From positions 1-5,909 of the forward strand of contig NW_021829816.1 of NCBI RefSeq assembly GCF_006345805.1: a stretch of 5,909 nucleotides of DNA, given 5' to 3'. Source of the stretch: Octopus sinensis (taxonomy: Eukaryota). The position numbers were made by a program, and so were the translations under genes. Position 1 is the stretch's first letter, and each line of letters starts with the position of its first letter. Positions 1-5,909 of the stretch are shown here, in pieces. Under the pieces are notes generated by a model. That model was given only the letters and a program-made list of their open reading frames with translations. It was not told the origin of the DNA and ran no database searches.

Positions 1-165
1 TCTACCAAATACATTGAGCCTTCAGTTTAATGTAATTTTTTTATAGCATAAGAACAACATTAAATATAATGTAATATAATACGATATAATACAATGTAAT
101 ATTATCGTGGTGGCCATTTAAAATATTTGTAACAGTTATATTCAGTTTTATTTATTTCCTGATAG

Positions 166-376
166 CATTGTATATAATCGATTCTGAATTTGTTTTGCAA
201 GAATTTTGATGTGAAACTGTATGTTGAAACGAACGTTGATATATTTCTTAATGTATATCCATTGGGAAAGCAAGAGATTAAGTGCAGCGATAAATATTTT
301 GGGGGACATAAACAAGACTAAACAGCTTTGGAAAAAGAAAGAGAAGTGAAATAGAGACAAGCATCAACCGGTAAGT
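166..376 (+). other. Possible exon ending at a consensus splice donor (CCG|GTAAGT, donor at 371-376)
   Basis: Perfect GTAAGT donor after 370. Candidate acceptor TTTATTTCCTGATAG ends at 165. No frame is open across the whole interval; only 312-370 (phase 2) is open up to the donor. Confidence 0.25.
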
Positions 377-500
377 GTTTTTACAAGATTTATCAATTTT
401 GACCCTACCAAATTATAACAATATTGTGTACTATGATGTGAGAGCAGTTTATGTGTAAATTTATACAATCTGCTCAGTGACACTAGACACAGCTTAACGG

Positions 501-561
501 CATATACGTATGCATGTATATATGCATATATAATTCACATATATGTATATATATATATATA
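501..561. repeat. (TA)n-rich low-complexity microsatellite
   Basis: CATATACGTATGCATGTATATATGCATATAT...ATATGTATATATATATATATA read directly. Confidence 0.8.
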
Positions 562-692
562 GAGTTTATAATGAAAGACCCATAATCATTTCGTCATGGC
601 TTTAATGAATACATTAATACGAGCTTAATTTGAATGACTTCACCTGTATATGAACACAGACGATTATGTGGAAGGTATTTATCTCTTTACAG

Positions 693-732
693 GAAGGAGG
701 ATTTTCCGTTGGGAATGCAAATGAAAGAAACG
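693..732 (+). other. Possible 40-nt micro-exon
   Basis: Acceptor TTTATCTCTTTACAG|G (AG 691-692) and donor ACG|GTAATT (733). With a phase-2 start it reads (R)KEDFPLGMQMKET with no stop. Confidence 0.35.
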
Positions 733-1537
733 GTAATTATGATGGTTTTAGTGTATCCCTTGCTATGAGCACTTTAGAAGTTAGTTCCATTAATTAGTCT
801 ATATATTCAAACAGTCGTCCGGTCGAGAGACAGAGAGATAAAATGATAGGGTAAACTCTCTATGCCGTCCCGAGTGTCCATAGAGTTATGGTCCATCGTA
901 CGATCAGTCTTTCCTTAAAATTAGGGTTGGGTTAGCTGTGGCTTATATTCTAATGTTGATGTGAAATAATATACATGGAAATCGTATATATCGTAAAATC
1001 AATATTCTAGATTAAATATTCATAATTTATATGTATCTCACTCTGAAATTTTTCTTTTATTTTTTTCCTTTCTTTCGATACTTGTTACCTTTTCGATTCA
1101 GTAAAATGTAAAAAAAATACATCTTTCGAAACTAAAAATAAAAATAAAAATGAATAAATGCGTAAATACATAATTACATTACAATAATAAACATTGATAA
1201 TAAAGATATAACTCATTCAACAACTTTTTATTTTACAATCCTCACCTAAGATACAATCTTTACACATCTATCGTCTGCTTCATTGAGTTATAACTCCTAT
1301 GACATACGACAATACATAAAATACGTAATAAAAAAAATGAAAACTAAACAACTAAATTGTATTTCATAAATACAAAGTGATTCCCTTCAGAATTAGGTTC
1401 TGTGCGATCTTTATATTTCTTAAAATGTTCATGTGTAATATTACTGTCTTCGATGAACTGAGCACAACATGTTTTTCGTTTTCGATGTTTCATTAATAAC
1501 TTGTCTTTCTTCTGGTTTGAAAACTATAACAAATATA

Positions 1538-1960
1538 GGCGTAGGAGTGGCTGTGTGGTAAGTAGCTTGCTTACGAACCACATGGTTACGGTTCAGTCCA
1601 CTGCGTGGCACCTTGGCAAGTGTTTTTCTGCTATAGCCTCAGGCCGACCAAAGCTTGGTGAGTAGTTTGGTAGACGAAACTGAAAGAAGCCCGTCGTATA
1701 TATATATATTTATTTATTTATATGTGTGTATATGTTTGTGTCTGTGTTTGTGCCCCCAGACATCGCTTGACAACCGATGCCGTGGTGTTTAACGTCCCCG
1801 TAACTTAGCGGTTCGGCAAAAGAGACCGATAGAATAAGTACTAGGCTTACAAAGAATAAGTCCTGGGGTCGATTTGCTCGACTAAAGGCGGTGCTCCAGC
1901 ATGGCCACAGTCAAATGACTGAAACAAGTAAAAGAGTAAACGAGTAAAGAGTAAATAAAT
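1538..1960 (+). mobile_element. tRNA-derived two-arm SINE, copy 1 (octopod-type family), with 8-bp TSD
   Basis: Collinear with 3098-3488 and with the reverse complement of 4469-4970. A-box-like TGGCTGTGTGG and B-box-like GGTTCAGTCC; internal TA/TG linker 1697-1738; (GAGTAAA)-like tail. AAATATAG is duplicated at 1531-1538 and 1961-1968. Confidence 0.93.
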
Positions 1961-2149
1961 AAATATAGAGGGGAATAAGTGTAACAAATTAAACCAAAGC
2001 AAACCGAGCGGTGAACTTCAACGAATCCAAACAAAACATTAAGCAGATTTTCTTGTTTGGTTTTGAACTTCATGAGGGTAGAAAGCGGTCCTTAGAATTT
2101 TCGCTTTGCAAATATTTATTTCTTGAATTATCTTTAAGAATAAACACAT

Positions 2150-2348
2150 ATGCTGAGGTCACTGCTGTGCTCTGTTTCTGAATGCAGAAGTCGGTGACTC
2201 GTCAGGCGGCGAAGCAGCTGCGTAGATGTTTCGACCCTTTCTACCATAGCATCAAATATGTTTAAGGCCACCCATCGATGTAGGTGACAAAATTCCCGCA
2301 CTACGGCATGAGCTTTTGTTGCGTCAGATGCTGCGGTCCAGAGCCAGA
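2150..2348 (-). mobile_element. Putative 3' UTR remnant of the RLE element, displaced by the CR1-group insertion
   Basis: GC/CpG-richer than its flanks and lies immediately beyond the CR1 poly(A) on the same strand as the RLE ORF end. The assignment is positional inference only. Confidence 0.3.
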
Positions 2349-2738
2349 TTTTTTTTTCTCTCTAGTTTCAGCTCAGAGCTGCGGCCAAGCTGATGCACCG
2401 CTGTTTTGCTACACTGTTATTACTAGGAGCCTCCTCTAATATGTGGTACTTGGTGAAGCATGGAGTTTGATATAGCAACCCTCATTTGCACTTCTTGCCG
2501 TGAGCTAGGTTCATCTGTGACTCTCGACAGGAAGAGGTCCAGCTTTGATTTAAAAACCTTTACATCTACTTGTATAAGTTCCTCAGACTCTTTGCGAGAA
2601 TATTAAAAAGCTGTGGGCCTTTGAAACCCAGGCTGTTGTAGTAACTGGTCCTGAAGCGTGATGGCATTGCTAGGACCTTTGGCACTATGCAGTGTCGTCC
2701 CGTTCTGGCATTGGTGTAGCTTTCAATACCAAAATATT
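2349..2738 (-). mobile_element. 5'-truncated CR1/Jockey-group LINE 3' end (ORF2 C-terminus, 3' UTR, A-tail)
   Basis: Minus-strand translation FGIESYTNARTGRHCIVPKVLAMPSRFRTSYYNSLGFKGPQLFNILAKSLRNLY/(1-nt frameshift)VDVKVFKSKLDLFLSRVTDEPSSRQEVQMRVAISNSMLHQVPHIRGGS*, stop at 2425-2423. It matches the G..LFN.LP..LR...FK..LD.FL..VPD.P pattern of CR1-group ORF2 C-termini. A9 tail at 2349-2357. Exact clade uncertain. Confidence 0.85.
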
Positions 2739-2990
2739 TCTATCACCCTCGATGTTCGTCCTTGCTGCACCATTCGTCCTCTCATTTGAGCCATATATAA
2801 TGACTTGCTTTCTCGGCAGCTTCCGACAATTTCCTGCCAGCATATTTTCTCTCTTTCACAGCTTGTCCAACACTCCTGTGCATCGAGTCAGCCCTGCTTC
2901 CAACAAATCCTTTTGCACCTATCTCTACAGAAAGCTATGTTGCCTTCCAACCATTGTTTCAAACAGAGTTCAACCTAATCACTGTTTTCT
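2739..2990 (-). mobile_element. Degenerate RLE-type (HERO/NeSL/R2-group) non-LTR retrotransposon, endonuclease C-terminus
   Basis: Minus-strand reading NGWKAT*LSVEIGAKGFVGSRADSMHRSVGQAVKERKYAGRKLSEAAEKASHYIWLK*EDEWCSKDEHRG*. It carries the GW...PVE(V/I)G.RGF.G and EAAE.AS.W(L/I)W.KR motifs typical of HERO-like ORF ends (VEIGAKGFVG at 2928-2899). Internal stops indicate a pseudogene. Confidence 0.8.
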
Positions 2991-3028
2991 ATATAATGGC
3001 AGCTAAATGTGGACTGTACATCACTACT

Positions 3029-3050
3029 ACATACAGACATACACACGCAC

Positions 3051-3084
<34 letters not shown>

Positions 3085-3090
3085 TGACAT
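3029..3090. repeat. (GACA)n/(CA)n microsatellite
   Basis: About 8 ACAG units at 3051-3082, flanked by ACATAC/ACAC variants. Confidence 0.9.
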
Positions 3091-3097
3091 ACAGGTA

Positions 3098-3488
3098 GGC
3101 GTAGGAGTGGCTCTGTGGTAAGTAGCTTGCTTACCAACCACATGGTTCCGGGTTCACTCCCACTGCGTGGCACCTTGGGCAAGTCTCTCCTACTATAACC
3201 TCGGGCCGACCAAAGCCTTGTGAGTGGATTTGATGGACGGAAACTGAAAGAAGCCCGTCGTATGTGTATGTGTGTGTGTGTGTCTGTGTTTGTTCCGCCG
3301 ATATCGTTTGACAACCGATGCTGGTACGTTTCCGTCCCCGTATCTTAGCGGTTCGGCATAAGAGAACGATAGTATAAGTACTAGACTTACAGAGAATAAG
3401 TCCTGGGGGTCGATTTGCTCGACTAAAGGCGGTGCTCCAGCATGGCCGCAGTCAAATGACTGAAACAAATAAAATAATAAAAGAATGA
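3098..3488 (+). mobile_element. tRNA-derived two-arm SINE, copy 2
   Basis: Full-length match to copy 1. 20-nt TG linker at 3261-3280; tail GCGGTGCTCCAGCATGGCCGCAGTCAAATGACTGAAAC followed by an A-rich end. No clean TSD; sits between microsatellites. Confidence 0.93.

Positions 3489-3564
<76 letters not shown>
3489..3564. repeat. (GATA)19 microsatellite
   Basis: 19 perfect ATAG units counted. Confidence 0.95.
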
Positions 3565-3567
<3 letters not shown>

Positions 3568-3573
3568 TATAAT

Positions 3574-3721
3574 CGACAAGTTTCTACCAAATTCACTCAC
3601 AAGGCAATGGTTAACCTGAGGCTCTAGAAGAGGACGCTTGCCCAAGGAACTGTGCAGTTAGATTGAACCCGAAATCACATGGTAGCAAAACGAGCTTCTT
3701 GACCACACGGCCATGCTTGCC
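3574..3721 (-). mobile_element. Diverged left-arm-only relative of the two-arm SINE
   Basis: Reverse complement GGCAAGCATGGCCGTGTGGTCAAGAAGCTC...GGGTTCAATC...CCTTGGGCAAG...GCCTTGTGAGTGAATTTGGTAGA...GTCG aligns to the left arm of copies 1-3 with many substitutions. No right arm follows. Confidence 0.82.
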
Positions 3722-3892
3722 GAAAAATAATTAAAATTTATGATCAAATCGTAACAACACTTTTTGTTTTTGCTACAAGATTATCGAAGAACAGAACCAG
3801 TTTACCGGAGAATATGCAAAAACTTTTAAGCCCATGGATCAACATGGATAAAGGATATTCTCCATGTTCGCTACATGTCAAGTATTTTTAAT
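3722..3892 (+). mobile_element. pogo/Tigger transposase fossil, piece 1 (CENP-B-type HTH start)
   Basis: From 3724 it reads KIIKIYDQIVTTLFVFATRLSKNRTSLPENMQKLLSPWI, resembling the Tigger (E/D)MEKLL..WI motif. It is collinear with pieces 2 and 3. Confidence 0.6.
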
Positions 3893-4198
3893 GAAGATAT
3901 GTAGCTTGGTGGTTAGGGTAATCGGTTGTCAGTTCGATTCCAGGTGGGGAGTTATACCCTTGAGCAAGACACTTTATTTCACGTTGCTTCAGTCCATTCA
4001 GCTGGCAACAATGAATTGTACTTGTAATTCAAAGGGGGCTAGCCAGCCTTGTTACATTCTGTGTCACGCTGAAATTACGTTCAAAGTACGCGTGTCTGTG
4101 GAGTGCTCAGCCACTTGTACATTAAGTTAACAGGCAGGCTGTTCTGTTGATCAGATCAGCTGGAACCCTCGTCGTCGTAACCGACGGAGGGCCAATTC
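3893..4198 (+). mobile_element. tRNA-derived CORE-type SINE with a 3' stem-loop
   Basis: A box TAGCTTGGTGG (3902-3912) and B box AGTTCGATTCC (3931-3941). CORE-like CCTTGAGCAAGACACTTTATTTCACGTTGCTTCAGTCCATTCAGCTGGCAACAATG (3958-4013). 3' hairpin at 4166-4191. Candidate TSD TATTTTTAAT/TATATTTAAT (3883-3892/4199-4208, 9/10). Confidence 0.85.
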
Positions 4199-4468
4199 TA
4201 TATTTAATAGCGTAAAGAAAACACAGTGTTCTAAGCACTTGCAGCAAACATTTAAGGACAAAACATGGTTGGTTTGAACGTTTCAAGAATCGTTCAGACT
4301 TATACAACATACAGATAAGCGGAGAGTCTGCAAGTATCGATGACGACTTGGTGACTGATTTTTCAGCTTTACAGGGAAATATTATTGACGATGGAAAAAT
4401 ACACAAAGAAGCGAAATTTTAACGTACATGTGACAATTCTATTTTGGAAACGAATACAAAAATTGTAC
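4199..4468 (+). mobile_element. pogo/Tigger transposase fossil, piece 2 (HTH end to start of the DDE domain)
   Basis: IFNSVKKTQCSKHLQQTFKDK/HGWFERFKNRSDLYNIQISGESASIDDDLVTDFSALQGNIIDDGK/YTKKRNFNVHVTILFWKRIQKLY (two frameshifts). It matches the Tigger FKAS.GWF.RFK.R, GE.ASAD and FN.DETGLFWKRMP motifs. Confidence 0.88.
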
Positions 4469-4692
4469 TTTTATTTACTCTCTTTTACTTTTTTACTTGT
4501 TCCAGTCATTTGACTGCGGCCATGCTGGAGCACCGCCTTTAGTCGAATCAAATCGACCCCAGGACTTATTCTTTGTAAGCCTAGTACTTATTCTATCGGT
4601 CTCTTTTGCCGAACTGCTACGTTACAGTGACGTAAACACACCAGCATCGGTTGTCAAGCGATGTTGGAAAGACAAACACAGACACACAAACA

Positions 4693-4762
<70 letters not shown>

Positions 4763-4765
4763 CAC

Positions 4766-4811
<46 letters not shown>

Positions 4812-4970
4812 TACAACGGGCTTCTTTCAGTTTCTGTATACCAAATACACTCACAAGGCATGGTCAGCCCGAGGCTATAGAAGAAGATTCTTGCTCAAGG
4901 TGCCACGCAGTGGGACTGAACCCGAAACCATGTGGCTGGTAAGTAAGCTACTTACCATACAGCCACACCT
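4469..4970 (-). mobile_element. tRNA-derived two-arm SINE, copy 3 (inverted), with 9-bp imperfect TSD
   Basis: Reverse complement of copies 1 and 2, missing a few 5' bases. TSD AAATTGTAC (4460-4468) / AAACTGTAC (4971-4979), 8/9. Confidence 0.93.
4685..4813. repeat. (CA)n(TA)n microsatellite, the internal linker of SINE copy 3
   Basis: 129 nt of CA then TA repeats, between the two SINE arms. Confidence 0.92.
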
Positions 4971-4979
4971 AAACTGTAC

Positions 4980-5018
4980 CTTGCTTCAACGCTGCAAAAA
5001 ATCGCAGGGCTTTCCGGC
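4980..5018 (+). mobile_element. pogo/Tigger transposase fossil, piece 3
   Basis: LASTLQKIAGLSG continues piece 2 in frame once 4469-4979 is removed. Spacing matches Tigger (T)YI(A/S).EEK.APGF. Confidence 0.6.
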
Positions 5019-5627
5019 ATATACATATATACATACATACATACATACATATATACATACATACATACATGCATACATGCATACATGCATGCATACATAC
5101 ATACATACATACATGCATCCATGCATATATACATACATGCATGCATATATACATACATGCATGCATGCATATATACATACATGCATACATGCATACATAC
5201 ATGTATACATACATACATACATACATGCATGCATACATACATGCATAAATACAGACATACATGCATGCATGCATATATACATACATGCATGCATGCATAT
5301 ATACATACATGCATGCATATATACATACATGCATGCATGCATATATACATACATGCATGCATGCATATATACATACATGCATGCATATATACATACATGC
5401 ATGCATACATACATGCATACATACATACATACATGTATACATACATACATGCATACATACATACATACATACAGACATACATGCATGCATGCATATATAC
5501 ATACATGCATGCATGCATATATACATACATGCATACATGCATACATACATACATCTATACATACATACATACATACATACATACATACATACATACATAC
5601 ATACATACATACATACATACATACATA
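5019..5627. repeat. Compound (ATAC/ATGC/ATAT)n tetranucleotide array, ~610 bp
   Basis: Read directly. 20/24-nt higher-order units ATATACATACATGCATGC(ATGC). Abuts the 3' end of the element at 5628-5909. Confidence 0.95.
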
Positions 5628-5909
5628 GGTGTTTACTCCTTATGCAGAGTTTGATCACCTCCTGTACCTACACCTGAGCACGATCATGGCGTCTGATGTG
5701 GCTTTTGAAACCAGACAATGTTCTGAAAAGACACCCACATAGACTGCATATCCGATTTGGACCACGAATACGTGCAGATAAGTTCTGCTCTTTGTGGATC
5801 TTAACATGTCTTTTGAGGCCTCCGTTGGATATGCAAACCTTCTGGCATACACTGCATTCAAAGGTGTGCACAGACATATAGTCAGAATATTTGGTAGAGG
5901 TTCGTTTTT
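5628..5909 (-). mobile_element. Probable RTE-type LINE 3' end (ORF C-terminus, ~40-nt 3' UTR, terminal stem-loop, (TATG)n tail)
   Basis: The ORF is open from the window edge to TAG at 5670-5668. A short UTR follows with hairpin GGTG-ATCAA-ACTC-TGCATAAG-GAGT-AAA-CACC (5659-5628), directly followed by TATG repeats. Short UTR plus simple-repeat tail plus C-terminal C2H2 fits RTE-clade architecture. The RT domain is outside the window. Confidence 0.62.
5668..5907 (-). CDS. C-terminal fragment with two C2H2 zinc fingers (5'-open)
   Basis: KRTSTKYSDYMSVHTFE-CSVCQKVCISNGGLKRHVKIH-KEQNLSARIRGPNRI-CSLCGCLFRTLSGFKSHIRRH-DRAQV*. Two exact C-x2-C-x12-H-x3-H motifs (5856-5794 and 5748-5686) with a 15-aa non-TGEKP linker. 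Confidence 0.75.
   Translation of the reverse strand, partial: KRTSTKYSDYMSVHTFECSVCQKVCISNGGLKRHVKIHKEQNLSARIRGPNRICSLCGCLFRTLSGFKSHIRRHDRAQV

Noticed and set aside
148-360. 70-aa minus-strand ORF
   Set aside because: AT-rich, composition-driven, with no recognisable motif.
858-885. Hairpin CTCTATG-14 nt-CATAGAG in a small GC-richer patch
   Set aside because: A 7-bp stem is expected by chance in 6 kb and has no supporting context.
921-935. Telomere-like TTAGGGTTGGGTTAG
   Set aside because: Only one perfect unit; too short to call interstitial telomeric repeat or G-quadruplex.
1538-1612. tRNA gene (also at 3098, 3574-3721, 3893 and 4900-4970)
   Set aside because: A/B-box-like motifs are present, but no cloverleaf is evident and each continues into a SINE body.
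1991-2072. Short inverted and direct repeats (CCAAACAA/TTGTTTGG; GAACTTCA twice)
   Set aside because: 8-bp matches in A/T-skewed sequence, with no TSD or MITE architecture.
2692-3006. Plus-strand 104-aa ORF
   Set aside because: It is antisense to the RLE/CR1 fragments, whose protein motifs are on the minus strand.
3027-3645. ORFs 3027-3314, 3193-3645 and the similar 4497-4880 and 1882-2073
   Set aside because: They are readings of SINE and GATA repeat sequence. The shared peptides (e.g. DCGHAGAPPL) reflect SINE copy similarity, not a protein family.
3864-4406. ORFs 3864-4130 (+) and 4122-4406 (-)
   Set aside because: The first reads through the CORE SINE. The second is largely antisense to the Tigger fragment.
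1538-4970. CRISPR-like or prokaryotic repeat system
   Set aside because: The repeats are dispersed ~400-500-bp elements with TSDs in eukaryotic context. There are no regular short repeats with spacers and no cas genes.
5019-5627. ATAC>ATGC variants as a retro-copied A-to-I editing footprint
   Set aside because: The element's sense strand is minus, where the change is T>C. Single transitions amplified by slippage explain the pattern more simply.
4617-5677. Long ORFs (325, 229, 210, 200, 189 aa etc.) with HT/YIHT/CMYV repeats
   Set aside because: They are translations of CA/TA/ATAC/ATGC repeats, which lack stop codons, and occur in many overlapping frames on both strands.
5668-5907. Canonical host Kruppel-type ZNF gene
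   Set aside because: There is no TGEKP linker, and the stop is followed within ~40 nt by a hairpin and simple-repeat tail, which fits a LINE end better. Not fully excluded without upstream sequence.

Overview
Eukaryotic, AT-rich, repeat-dense DNA. I recognise the SINE families from memory as octopod cephalopod (Octopus-like) repeats; this assignment is unverified. No intact host gene is evident. The window is a nested transposon mosaic. (1) Three copies of a ~400-500-bp tRNA-derived, two-arm SINE with a variable internal microsatellite (1538-1960 +, 3098-3488 +, 4469-4970 -) and an older left-arm-only relative (3574-3721 -). (2) A CORE-type SINE (3893-4198 +). (3) A pogo/Tigger transposase fossil (3722-5018 +) split by two SINEs and cut off by a LINE tail. 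(4) 3' ends of three different non-LTR retrotransposons, all on the minus strand: an RLE-type (HERO/NeSL-like) fragment, a CR1/Jockey-group fragment directly joined to it, and a probable RTE-type element with two C-terminal C2H2 fingers and a ~610-bp (TATG)n-derived tail. The strongest observation is that the CR1-group LINE 3' end shares a tail motif with the two-arm SINE, suggesting a LINE-SINE partner pair visible in one window. Weak splice signals at 166-1104 hint at a plus-strand host transcript. The long ORFs over 4600-5680 are microsatellite artefacts.
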